Part shown: positions 17,616 through 31,133 of the stretch, in pieces
How positions within the stretch are numbered: the first letter of the stretch is position 1
Layout: each line of letters starts with the position of its first letter
Assembly: GCF_009914755.1 (NCBI RefSeq)
Contig: NC_060938.1
Reading direction: 5' to 3' (one strand)
Source: the human T2T-CHM13v2.0 reference genome, Homo sapiens
DNA: 64,000 nt
Position numbers and translations under genes: made by a program
Notes under the pieces: generated by a model
What the model saw: the letters and a program-made list of their open reading frames with translations, nothing else
What the model was told of the DNA's origin: nothing
The model's database searches: none

Positions 17616-19124
17616 TAAAGGTCTGCATTTTAAAGCCTGGCCCCATTAGCACCTCCCTCATTCATTCGAGCATTAGGTCTGCAGTGTGTGGTAAGCAGCT
17701 CACTGGCAATAAATCTTTCCCTATGGAACAGAATGTGAACACAGCAATGAACAGAAACGTGATCATGTTATCAACTGGAAACAGGACTGTGAAAGTGAGC
17801 CAATAACCTACTCAGTGAAAGCTTTTGTAAGAAACCTTTTGAAGAGGACAAGCAGGCTTCCAGTGGGCACAGCATGGGCCATGAGCCACAGGATTATCTA
17901 GCCTGAGCCCTGGGCAATGCCACACACGCCTGGAGGAGTATTGCCTCCAGGAGAGTCACGTCAGGGCAGGGCAAACGTCCTGACACGTCAGTCATCCTCA
18001 GAAAGGGGAACCAGGACGACTACGCTCCCTCTTTAGAGGTCTGGCTCTTGTAAGAGTGAAGAAAGAAAGTTTACTTAAGAAAAAAAATTTTTTTTAAATA
18101 GTGTGATAAATGAGTATAATCTATTTGTTTATTCCACAGAAACGCAGACCAGTAATATCAGACCTGCCTGTGTTAAATCACGCTACTGTGTTCACGGTAA
18201 CAACGTCTCTCAGTTATAAAAGCAATATGGAATATTAGTAAATAAGAAACTTTATTCCAAAGTTGTCATGTAAATGCTTTGGAATCACATGTGCTATTCG
18301 TGTTTAAAACCTCAAGCACGAGGATCGGGGTCTCCCAACACTTTAGAGCAGTGGTCTTCGATGGGTCACATTTGTAGGCAGAACCCTCCACCCATCACTC
18401 TGTTCTTATCACAGAGGGTCTTAGGAAAGGGGCAGGGGGAGGGGGTGAGAGAAATTCTGATCCTGACCCACAAGGTTCCTTAGAGTCAGCTGAGAATCAC
18501 TTCTGTAGTACAGCCTATTCTTAAAATCTCACAGCATGTCTTAAAATTACTCTGTTATATGGTTTATTAATGATTGATTATAGCAATTTAACTGGTATAA
18601 TTCTTTAATCCAATTTTTTCTAGAGGTAGCATCATGATAAAAATGGTCTTTACTGGCAATTCATGAAACTCCCACATGACGGAGGCCTTGGCCTCTCAAG
18701 AAACACTTTTGAATGTTCACCATAAACTCATATATTCTATTTATCTTCCACTAGACATCTTTACAGAGTAGAAAACTGAGTTTTATTTAGTGGAAAAAGG
18801 GAAAAGATACATTTTCTTATATACATAGCTCTATAAAAATTCTTTATTTCTTCACTTATCTTCATTTATCTCAAACATTGGCAATGCTCGCTTGTCATCT
18901 AAAGGATTAACCCTTCCCCAATAAGGATCACTGTTGACAAGGTATCTCTGTGTAATTTCATTTGCAACTCTAGCGAAGATTGTGGGTACTTAGAAGGTTA
19001 ACTGAGGAAGTGATGCAAGACCCAAACTAGAATGTGTAAGGGTGGAAGAGAGTAATACAAGGTTTAAAATGGCATGACAACTGTTTCCCTGACTAGGGGA
19101 GCCAATCAGCATTTAAACAAAGGC

Positions 19125-19705
19125 AGAAAGGGGATGGGGGGGAGGAGGGGAGGGGAGGAGGGGAGGGGGGGAGGAGGGGAGGAGGGGAGGGGGAGGGAGG
19201 GGGAGGGGAGGGGAGGGGGAGGGGAGGGGGAGGGGAGGGGGAGGGGGGAGGGGGAGGGGTGGGGGAGGGAGAGGGGAAAGGGAGAGGGGAAAGGGAGGGG
19301 ATGGGGGAGGGAGAAGGGAGGGGGAGGGGGAGGGGAGGGGGAGGGGGAGGGGAGGGGGAGGGGGAGGGGAGGGGGAGGGGAAAGGGGGAAGGGAGAAGGG
19401 GGAGGGGGAGGGGAAGGGGAGGAAGAGGGGAGGGGAGGAGGAAGGGGGAGGGGGAGGGGAGGAGGAAGGGGGAGGGGGAGGGGAAAGGAGGAGGAAGGGG
19501 GAGGGGGAAGGGGAGGGAGGGGAGGAGGGGGAAGGGAGGGGAGGAGGGGGAAGGGAGGGGAGGGGAGGAGGGGGGAGGGAGAGGGGAGGGGAGGAAGAAG
19601 GGGAAGGGGGAGGGGAGGGGAGGAAGAAGGGGAGGGGAAGGGGGCAGGGAAAGGAAAAGGAAAGGAGGAACACAGGCAGGCAGGCAGGCAGGCAGGGTGG
19701 GAGGG
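19125..19705. repeat. Polypurine (GGGGA/GGGAG)n low-complexity tract ending in (GCAG)n
   Basis: About 550 nt almost free of pyrimidines on the + strand. Confidence 0.95.
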
Positions 19706-19978
19706 TGAGTCCTCAGAGAGCCTTTATGTTGTGAAGGAGGGGGAAGCTTCTTTACCTATCCACATCTCACCATTTTCATTACAAAACTTTCCTCAGATCA
19801 CTGGACTATTTCTGAGAATTCCTCCTCAGCAGACTGATATAAAGGAGGATATGATATTTTAAAAACACTACCACACCACCTCTCATTATCCACACCACCT
19901 CTCATTATCCACACCTTCCCCCTCTCCCTCCAGAGAAAGAGCCAGGAAGAGAGAGATGAGGCGAGCAGAGCTGGGTAC

Positions 19979-20112
19979 CTGTCCTTTGGTAGGCAGATCT
20001 TTTACGCTGTCGGGTTTGAAGAAGGTGAAGTCCACCATGGCCTGGAACAATGAGATGGCCTTCTCAGAGTGGCCAGCCTGCCGCAGAAAGTGGCACTGCT
20101 GAAGAAAGAGTG
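19979..20112 (-). CDS. NRDE2: NRDE2 exon 7 (ALFLQQCHFLRQAGHSEKA...DLPTKGQ)
   Basis: Acceptor tcgcag|CA, donor CAG|GTACCC; 134 nt; absent from the ORF track in this frame. Confidence 0.94.
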
Positions 20113-21459
20113 CTGCGAACAGGAGGGCAAAGGGGAAGAAGACTGGTTGATACCATTAAAGGGAAAGAACCTAACTTCTCAAAACAGGCAATTAACACAT
20201 TGAGAACACCTTTCACCTGCAATCACTATTAATTTACAAAGCTGTGATACACGTCTTGATTTAAAGCGTCTCACACAGTATTATAATCCAAGTATGTTTG
20301 TTCTAATTTTTGTATGAAAGCATCACAGAACACAAATATTAACAACAAAAACTATATATAGTACATAAAAATAAGTCAAGAGGTTGGTCTGAATGCTATC
20401 AAATAATCACAGCTCATTATCACAAGAAAAATTATAGAAAAAGGATGGCGTAGCAGATTTTTATCAGAAAGCAAAGAGCTGTATTCAGTTGATCACTAGA
20501 TGGCATTACTCACCAGCAACTTTCATCCTATGTTCAGAGTCGGCTGTAAACAAATCAAGGTTCCATGTCTGAACATTCCAGTTCATCTTACTTTTGGTAC
20601 AATTCCAGCTACTAAATAACACTAAGCTATTTGTGTAGATCACATACAGTGACAAATTCAAGACTCTGTGTCAGTGTGATAAATGCTTATATTTTGAGAG
20701 CAATGTATTTCTATCTTTAGATGCCAACAGTAATTAATACTCAATAACAGGGGTTGTGATCAAATAAATGCCTGCTCTGTGCCGGACACTGAGCTAGACT
20801 CGCCATGGATTATCTCGTTTACTGTGCAACACAGTCCTGTAAAGCAGGTTTATAGTATTGTTGCTGATGGAGAAACTGGGGCTCAAAGAGGACCTGCCCA
20901 AGGACACAAGAGAGCCAGTGAAGGGCAAACCCTTCAGGATTCAAGGTCAAAAGTGATACTCTCTGGCTCTGCATAACATGCAGCCTCCAACATCTCATTA
21001 CTGTCAAAATTAATGTTCCAGGTTCCTTCAGGACACACCAAAAATGTTAACAGCATAATAATACCCAAAACTTCTATTTATGCAGTGGTTCCCAGTCAGG
21101 GCATCTCACGGACATTACTGCCTGGGACCCTACAATTGGGTGAGACAGGTACATGCATCTCGACAGATAAGGCCACCGACTGCCAAAGCAGTTAAGAGAC
21201 TTGCCTATGTTTACTTGGCTAATCAGCAGAACCTTGTCCAGTGATATCTTAACTCTACTGGCCCTATTGCCCCCACCTGCCCTGGGAGCTGGGGGCAAAT
21301 TTGTTATCAAAAAGAGTCGTAATACTTTTTTAAAAAAATCAGTTCTATCAAACAATTTAGACTTTTTCTAGAATAAATCAAAAATAGATCTTCATTTTCA
21401 AGTAAAGCCAAAAGAAAGTCTAACTCCTCCCACGTAACTGGATCTGGTTATCTCCTTAC

Positions 21460-21865
21460 CAAACATGGCCTCTTCCGTGCCAGGCAACGCAGGGTGAGAT
21501 AAGATGCTGCCGTCCTTAACAGCAGACAAAGTGCTCAAGCATTTTCCATAAAGACTGTGAATTTTTGATATCGAAAAGGTACTAAACTGGCTCTGGCAAA
21601 ATAAAAGGTATTTCTGCCAAAGGGCTGTATTATTGGGATGCAAAAATATCAGTTTCTGCCACTCTTTGACCAGAGTGGAGGGCTCCCAGAACTCTGTGCA
21701 GAGCTTCAGCTTGGCCAGTTTCAGATCCACACTGCTCTGGTTGCTCTCAATGGCCCGCTCCAGAATGGCCAGCTTCTTCTCCAGAATGAGCTTCAGGGAC
21801 CTCTTTCGCTTTTCCTGCTCTCCTTCCTCGATGGCATACAGGCCAGGACTTTTCATGACCTCGTC
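21460..21865 (-). CDS. NRDE2: NRDE2 exon 6 (DEVMKSPG...GTEEAMF; NRDE-2 domain)
   Basis: Acceptor gttgag|GAC (rare GAG), donor TTG|GTAAGG; 406 nt. Confidence 0.92.
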
Positions 21866-22674
21866 CTCAACAACAAAAACACCAATTTACAAATGCAAAT
21901 GGACCTGGGAGATCCTGAGTTTCAACAATGCTTATTGATTTTCTTACCACCCCCTAGGGACTTTCTTAAACCACCAGTTTGCCACTATTTCTTTTAAAGA
22001 AAACCTGGATCCTAAAGTGCTTGTGTCACCTGATATGTTTGATCTTGTATTTATCACTTAATTATCCACTCTCTGCCATTTTAAGCTTTGATTTCTGCAT
22101 CAATGACTAGCATACAATGCCTTGAAAGTCTTTTCTGAAGAGCAGACCTTACCAATAAAAGGGCCAAATGTGGCACAAAATATGGTAATTGTATGAGTGG
22201 TTCAAAATTAGGGATTCAGACAAACCTACAAGTTTTCGAAAGAGAATGCATGGCTCTAACTGGGTAATACACTGAACAGCCCTCTCTCTTTCACAATTCC
22301 GTGAGCTCTGCCTGTTCTGTTTGTACTTCAGGAATGCCTCTCCCTACCTGGTGAACATCTCTTCTTTCAAGATTGTGTTGAACTTCACCTTCTCCTTGGT
22401 AGCTCTTTCTCCTCCCTCAACACAAGCCATTCCCTCACTCCACTCCCAAGTTATACATTACAGCATTTACTACCCCAGGGTGCACTTATTCTTCGCATGT
22501 CCATTTTCCTCATTGGACTTTGAGCGAGCTCAGGGCAAAGGCTCTATTCTAATAATCTTTGTATGCCCAGTGTCAAATTTCCTCATTTGCTCAAAAATTG
22601 CTGCAGAGTCCATCAGTTTGCCCAAAATCAGGAATGTCCTTCTAAGGTAAGAGAATTGGGATGGCAACACATAC

Positions 22675-23122
22675 CTGAAAAGCAACAAATGCCATCCACA
22701 GCTGCGTATCCCGAGGATTCTCCCGCACCCTCCTGTTAAACTCCTCCACCTTGGCCTTGAGAGCCGCACTCTCGCTGTCTGGCTGTGCGTCTGGCTGCTT
22801 TGATTCCTGCTCTGGAGGACCCTGTCCTTGTAGCCAATGTGTGGTTGACTGATCATAAATCCCCAGAGGATTCAACCAGGTTGTAACAGGAGCCGCATCT
22901 TCCAAGTCCTTCACTGGTATAAAGGAGATGGGCTCAGATGAGGGAGGTTCAGTTTTACTGCTAATGGCAACTCCATCGATGTTCATTAATCCCACACTCT
23001 TCTTAGTAAAATAGCGTTCAACCTGCTTGCGTGAATGCTTCTTCTCTGTGGAAGTCCCTTCCCAAGATATGCACTGCTTCTTAGGGTTAATGCCAAGGCA
23101 GGAGTCTCCTTTCCTCTTGTAT
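22675..23122 (-). CDS. NRDE2: NRDE2 exon 5 (YKRKGDSCLG...WMAFVAFQ)
   Basis: Acceptor tatcag|A, donor CAG|GTATGT; 448 nt. Confidence 0.95.
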
Positions 23123-23809
23123 CTGATATTAGAAAAAGAAAAAAAGTTACTGAGGGAATACGTGTACTACCTCTGAATGACTAAAGGCGCATTAGACCTA
23201 AACTCTCGTTATGCAGGTTCACTGCATATAACCAAATTCACCTCACCTTCAGATTGTTTCTATTTGGAGATACACAAGGACTAGTAATTAACTTTCTTTC
23301 TGCCTGGCTTGACTTCTTCCTATAACACTTCAACTCTTCTTTAACATCTCATGAATTTAAGATCATGCCTGTCTTCTAGATCTTAGTAATTTCTATTTTC
23401 CTGGAGCCTTGTAAAGAACTGTCACACACATTATGTCATTTGATCATCACAGCCATATGTGACAGGCAAGGCAAAAATTATCATCCCTTCTCTTAACTGT
23501 TCCTAAATAAGGACACTGAGGCCTGGGAACCTGGATCATCTGTTTCCTAGACCAGTCCTGTTTTCTCAATATTTTCCTGTGTCCCTACTTAAGAAGATAA
23601 CATATAGGCCTAAGATTCTTTTTTTAATCCTGAAACAAAGTATGTCAAATGAAATTACATTTGGTTATTTTCTACTCTAGAGGAAAAGAGGTTGGGTTCT
23701 AAAACGCTTTTATGGAACATGTAGGCGTCCCCAGAGTTAACAAACACATGACTACTGAATATTTGCACAGGCAAAAGCTAAGGAAAATTGTACATTTTTC
23801 TGTATGTAT

Positions 23810-24905
23810 GTTAGCAAACAATTCAATTTTAAAAACGGGCAAAAGATCTGAACTGAAATTCCACAAAAGAAGACATGAATAGCCAATAAGCACATAAAAA
23901 AAAAAACAACTCAACATCCTTAGTCAACAAGGACATGCAAATTAAAACCACAATGAGGTACCCCACACACCAACTAGAACAGTGTTAATATTTAAAAGGC
24001 TGACAACACCAAATGTTGGTGAGTAACCTGTGGAGTAACCAGGACTCTCATCCGCTGTCAGCGGGAATGTAAACTGGTATAATCACTTTGGGAAAAGATC
24101 TGGCTGTTTCTTAAAAAATTCAACACAGACCTAACCTATGACCCAGCAATTCTATTCCTACATATTTACCCAAGAAAAAGGAAAGCACATGTCTACACAA
24201 AGACATGAGCACAAATGCTCTCGGCAGCTTTATTCCTAACAGCCAAACACTGAAAGAGTCCACGTGTCCATCAATAGAAGATGGATAAGTAAACAGAGGT
24301 ACAGCCATACAATGGAATACTACCAGCAGTAAAAAGGAGCTACTGGTAAGTGCCTTATGGACGGATGATCTCAAAAACATTACACTGAGTGAAAGAAGCC
24401 AGAAGCCAGATACAAAAGAGTACACACTGTATAATTCCACTTACATGCATTTTAGAACAGGTAAAAACGAATTGAGGGTGGAAACAAGTAAGAACGGTGA
24501 TTGCCTCTGGGAGAATGGGGTACAGACTTACCAGAAAAGAGCACGAGGAAACTTCTGGCGGTCAGAGTAATATTTCACATTTTAACAGAGGTTCGGGTGA
24601 GAATGAAGCTTTGTGCATTACATTGCATGTAAATTTTCAATTAAAGGAATAAAACTAAATAAATATTGACCTCTAGTTAATAATACACATGCTGAAGTAT
24701 TTAGGGGGTTGTTTATTGATCTGCAGTTTACTTTGAAATGCATCAAAAAAATAGGATGGGCTGATGGATGGACACATATGACAAAACAAGTACAATACAA
24801 ACTTAATGGATACAAAGTTAATGGTAGATGTAGGGGGCAGTTATACGAGCATTCACTGTAAAAATCTTTCAACTTTTGCTGTATATTAAAATTTTTTCCT
24901 AATAA
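23810..24905 (+). mobile_element. Old L1M 3' fragment
   Basis: ATGCAAATTAAAACCACAATGAG, GACCCAGCAATTC and CAATGGAATACTA motifs. Confidence 0.75.
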
Positions 24906-25268
24906 AACCGGAAATGCCGTGGGGAGAAAAAGGCAGGGGAGAACTGCCTTCATCTTCTGTCAGCTCCCAGGAAGCTCCGCTCCACTTCACCTTGGTTCAG
25001 GGCCGGGCTCTCTCCCTCACCTCTGTGGCTTCTCTGCGGTCAACAGGTCCCCTCTCTAAGTGCCTCTGCCCTCCTCACTGACCAAACACAGCAAATTCCA
25101 CTGTAGGGGACTATTTTCTCACACAGACATAAATATTCTCTCTCAAACCTTTTATCTAGCCTCCCTCCCAATTCTTTCAGACTATCTCATGACAGTCTCT
25201 TGCCATTCCATTTATGAGTCAAAAACAACCTTAACAAAGGTGTGATGAGATAAAATAGCACTAATGTA

Positions 25269-25599
<331 letters not shown>

Positions 25600-26155
25600 C
25601 TAAGGAACAAACTTTAAGTTAAAAAGCTAGTTTTGTTCTCCTTTATCCTCTTTTAATAGTATTGATTCCTCATTAGTCTCACAAAAAATATACAGTATTT
25701 TAGATATTCATAAAATCTCTTGAAAAATGTTTACTGTTTCCTGACTTTAAACTAACAGCTGCATTTTTATAACAAATTAGATGAAAATGATAAGGGAAGG
25801 GGAAAAATGTTACTGGCCTATATTACTATCTACTTTCAGACACTATATGTGTTTCAGTATGTATATATATGTGTGTGCACATACATCCTTTTTCAAAATA
25901 GTTGATATCACATAGTTTCAGGCCTGCCTTCCTACTTTAAAGCATCTCCTCATACCATTAATCTTAGAAAATATAATTTGTATTGACTTCAAACTGTTCC
26001 ATTGTATGGATGTGCCATAATTTATTTAACCATTTCCCAATCATTAGACATTTAGGTTATATCCAATTTATCACTTAGCATGAGATCTTAATAATTATAC
26101 AGGACCTAGGCTGTAATTTAACACAATGTTTCCCTAAATGAAGGCACTTTTGCTA

Positions 26156-26786
<631 letters not shown>

Positions 26787-27700
26787 CAAAAATGTTTACA
26801 TAAGTCCTTAGAAGAGTGTCTGCCATATAGTAAGGGTTAGATAAGTTTAAATTATTATTTTTATCAAAGTTGGCTCCTAAACATAAGCCAACTATTTTAT
26901 CTGGTGTATAGCCAAAGAAATAACAATCTATTCCAAAAATGGAGAAAAAACTGACTGAGCTGAACTTCACCATCAGACAGTATATTAGTCTTAAGGAATT
27001 TTCCAAATATAGTTTGACTCTAATTTTCAAGTTATACACTAACTTTAGAACCTAACCCCTGCCTACCACAATACTCCCATACACAGTGTCACTGCGGGAT
27101 GCTCACGGGAGTAGAGGATGTGCTACTCTATACTGAACCAAATCTGACTTCCCGGAACTTCCACTCATTAGTACTGGTTCTAACTTCACAAGTCACACAA
27201 AACATTGCCAATCCAGCCTCCAAGGGACAGTCCATCCAAGCTTAAAAGACAATGATTGGGGGTGGGAGGGAGGAAAAAAAGAAAAAAAGACAATGATCAT
27301 ATCCCTGCTTAAGGCCAAATGCCCATCTAGTCCTCACATGACAGTGCTGGTCAAATCCTAACCGTTCACCTTCATTTCAATGTTCTCGGCGTGTCAGTGT
27401 TCCTCCTAAAGTGTGAAAATTCAGTACCTGACACAAAATTGTTAACTGCAGAACCAGTTCAAACTACTTCAGCTTTGTCAATAACAGAACAATGAGTTGT
27501 TGTTCAGTTGCAGTGGACCCACAGCTCGCAAGTCACAAGCATGCACAGATGAATCAAGCGTGCCCAATTGGTGACCCCAAAGCCAGGGAACAAAAATGTC
27601 AACCGCACAGGGAACCAAGGTACCTAAACCAAGGAGCACGGACCAAATTAAGAAGTGAGGAGAGTTGCTGCAGTATGAATTTAAGAGCCAATAACCCACA

Positions 27701-28230
27701 GGCCGGGCGTGGTGGCTCATGCCTGTAATCCCAGCACTTTGGGAGGCTGGGATGGGCGGATCATGAGGTCAGGAGATTGAGAACATCCTGGCTAAAACGG
27801 TGAAACTCCATCTCTACTAAAAATACAAAAATACAAAAAAACTAGCCGGGCATTTACCTTCCCAGAGTCCATGCATGTGAGTTGGGTCGCACGCATTGGC
27901 CCAAGAGAAAAAAGAAAGAAAGAATAAAAGCTGGAGAGAGGGAAGCAAATGGAAGATACAAAGTGGGATGGAAGAATTAAATCCAAAGCGCCAGGCAATC
28001 AAGATGAATGCAGGCTGAATAAATTTGGGCGAATTTTAGTGGCATACGGGAAAAAAAAAAAAATTAGCCGGGCATGGTAGCACTCGCCTGTAGTCCCAGC
28101 TATTTAGGAGACTGAGGCAGCAGAATTGTTTGAACCTGGCAGGCGGAGGTTGCAGTGAGTCGAGATAGCATCACTGCACTCCAACCTGGGCGACAGAGCA
28201 AGACTCTGTCTCAAAAAAAAAAAAAAAAAA
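27701..28230 (+). mobile_element. Alu (Sc/Y-like) split by a ~210-bp insert
   Basis: Left arm 27701-27853, right arm 28064-28230; imperfect TSD AAGA(G/A)CCAA(T/G)AACCC. Confidence 0.9.
27854..28063 (+). mobile_element. Unidentified non-Alu retrotransposed insert with AATAAA, poly(A) and TSD, inside the Alu linker
   Basis: AATAAA at 28018-28023, A13 at 28051-28063, flanked by AAAAAA(C/T)TAGCCGGGCAT repeats ending at 27853 and 28075. Confidence 0.8.
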
Positions 28231-29004
28231 AGAACCAAGAACCCTACACTGTCTGTCTCCATAACCCAATCAAATCACGCCTCAATGCACTTTCCTATCT
28301 CCCTCACAGTTACTCTCTTCCTATAAAACACACAGACTCCATCTGGGGGAGACAGATTCAAGTGCTGCCTCCTATTGACCTTGCAATAAAGCTGTTGCTT
28401 CTCTCAAAAGCTGGTGCCATAGTATTGACTTCTATGCACTTGAGGCATTAAGCCCATTGCTCAGTGACAGTATTCCCACTGTCCTCTGACCAGCTCAGAC
28501 TGCCATGGGATCAACATCTTCCCAGACCTGGACATTAACAGTTATATAGCTACTAATCCAGGCAAGATTTGTCTTGTGTAAACTTTACCAAATGGCTAGG
28601 AAATAACAATGCCCTAAGCCCTTTAGCAGTGGTATCCTTGCAGTTTAGATTAATAAGGCTGTTTCCAATTACTCTCTCCCTAAGCCTGTGCCATTCATTA
28701 GCAGAAGCTCAAGAGCCACTCTTTGTTAGTACACTCCCCTCCTTTCACCTATTAATAAATACTAACCCTTTATATTTGCACACCAATTTCCAATTCCATA
28801 TCAAATATTCTGATACTTGAGCGCAAGGCATGGCAGAAGTTACAATTTCCAATTTACAAATGAAGCAACAGAGGCTCAGACAGGTCAGGTGATTTGCCTG
28901 GGACTTTATTGCTAGTAAATGGCAAAGTCACAAAGAGAACCAGAGTCCTCTGTTTCCAAATCTAGAAAACGTCCTACCACACACCCTGTCTCATCTTTCT
29001 GCAT

Positions 29005-29255
29005 GGGTGGTGAAAGAACATTTGAAATGTGAAGTCAAAGACACGCGGGTTCAAATCCCAACCTTGCTGCTGCCTGGCTGCATGATCTTGCGCAGTTACT
29101 TAACCTCTCTGCGATTCCTTTTCCTCATTTGTAAAATGAAGAGGGTTCTCCTCGTCCTCCTCACAGAGCAGCTGTGAGGATCAGACAGGCTAACTTAAGT
29201 GAAATAACGCACACAGCACCACAGCCACTACCTCATGTCCAATCTCTGTTTGTTG
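29005..29255 (+). mobile_element. MIR
   Basis: GGGTTCAAATCCCA...GTTACTTAACCTCTCTG...TTCCTCATTTGTAAAATG. Confidence 0.75.
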
Positions 29256-29262
29256 ACTGCCC

Positions 29263-29545
29263 TTTTTTTTTTTTTTTTGAGACAGAGTCTTGCTCTGTTG
29301 CCCAGCCTGGAGTGCAGTGGCACAATCTTGGCTCACTGCAACCTCCATCTCCCAGGTTCAAGCAATCATCCTGCCTCACTCCCCTAGCAGCTGGGATTAC
29401 AGGCATGTGACAACATGCCCAGCTAATTTTTGTATTTTCAGTAGAGATGGGGTTTCACCACGTTGGCCAGGCTGGTCTTGAACTCCTGACCTCAAGTGAT
29501 CCCAAAGTGCTGGGATGACAGGCGTGAGCCACCATGCCTAGCCCA
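29263..29545 (-). mobile_element. Alu (S-like)
   Basis: Antisense Alu with a small deletion. Confidence 0.88.
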
Positions 29546-30049
29546 GCTGCCCATCTTTTACTGGGAATCTACCACATCTGGGGTAGTACCCTGTGGTGGC
29601 ATGGAAAACCAAGTAATACCTCAAGGAGCATTAAGATAACTCAAAAATATATGAATACATTGAAAATATAATAGTCATTTATACTCAACCATAAAGTTTC
29701 CATTGACAGTAGGTAGATTAAATATGTACTGAATAAAACAACTGTTATTAACTCATTGGGAAGGAAATTTTAGTTGGAATTGCTTATGTGGTGAGGTATA
29801 ATGTCAGGATGAGTGACAATAGGATTAAAATTTGGAGATACAGCAAAGTAATGGAAATGGACATTTATTTCACAAAGTCATTAGTCTATAAAGAATAATA
29901 ATCTTCAAGATCTCCTCTTGGCTTTATATTCTAAGATTGATGATTCTCTATCTTCAATTCTCATTATCTGTAAACTATCTGGGAACAGACTGTGTGTTAT
30001 TGTTCTTTATGTTCCCCACGGTTTCTCACAAAGTACTAAATGTCTAAAG

Positions 30050-30581
30050 CAGGGGTATCAGATATGGTTTGGCTCTGTCCCCACCCAAATCTCATCTTGA
30101 ATTGTAGTTCCCATAATCCCCACGTGTTGTGGGAGGGGCTTGGTGGGAGGTAATTGAATCATGGGGGCAGGTCTTTCCTGTGCTGTTCTCGTGACAGTGA
30201 GTGTCACGAGATCTGATGGTTTTATAAAGGGCAGTTCCCCTGGTTTTATAAAGAGCAGCCACCATGTAAGACGTGCCTTTGCTCCTTCTCCACCTTCCAC
30301 CATGATTGCGAGGTCTCCTCAACCACGTGGAACTGTGAGTCCATTAAAATTCTTTTTCTTTATAATTTACCCAGTCTCAGGTATTTCTTCATAATAGTAT
30401 GAAAATGGGCTAATACAGTATCCAATCTTTTGGTTTCCCTGGGCCCCACTGGATGAAGAACTGTCTTGGGCCACACATAAAATACACTAATACTAATGAT
30501 AGCTGATGAGTTAAAAAAAAAAATCACAAAAAAAGTCATAATGTTTTAAGAAAGTTTACAAATTTGGGTTGGACAAGTTTG
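30050..30581 (+). mobile_element. MER30-like hAT element (8-bp TSD GTCTAAAG) interrupted by a THE1 LTR
   Basis: CAGGGGTATC|CAATCTTTTGG... to ...GGGTTGGACAAGTTTG; TSD at 30042 and 30582. Confidence 0.8.
30060..30417 (+). mobile_element. THE1 (MaLR) solo LTR with 5-bp TSD GTATC
   Basis: GATATGGTTTGGCTCTGTCCCCACCCAAATCTCATCTTGAATTG...CTAATACA. Confidence 0.88.
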
Positions 30582-31133
30582 GTCTAAAGGGTTTAGTAAG
30601 TACTCAAATATTTTTGATTGCCAAATTAGAGGGGAAAAGTTCAAACTCATTACTAAAGCAAATATCATCTATTTTTATGATTATCTGATGGTGTATGCCA
30701 GAAACATTTTGAAAAAGTCCTTACCACTAAATGTCATTTTTTAAATGACAGATGTGGGGAGTGGATAAATGAAAGCTTTCCAACTTTAAAAAATGACATA
30801 TAGGTTAGACCAAATGGTTACCAGATAGTCTGTCACAATTAATTATTACAAGGTACTTTTGGATTCATTTATTCAACTAATACTTATTGAACGCCTACTG
30901 TGCCAGGCACTATGCAAAGCACCAGGGATAAATAAGATTAATCTGACTTGACTTCAAGTGTTAAGCCTTCATTTTAGAATAGGAGATGAGACATGTGCCT
31001 GAACAATGCAATAAATAAAACCCAACAGAACTGATGAAAGAGAGAAACAGGCAGGCAGACAGTGCCAAGAGAGTTCCGAGGAGAAAAAAGTCACTTTCCT
31101 ACAGTGAAAACTGGGGGAAAACAAGGTGACTAC

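Larger units (their letters stand above)
27440..28469 (+). mobile_element. Old solo-LTR-like element (family uncertain) interrupted by an Alu
   Basis: TG...CA ends, TATAAAA at ~28322, AATAAA at ~28385, LTR-like U5 end. Confidence 0.55.

Noticed and set aside
19074-19862. Long Gly/Glu/Arg-rich and Pro/Ser-rich ORFs (262, 186 and 149 aa)
   Set aside because: Artefacts of a stop-free polypurine tract inside intron 7
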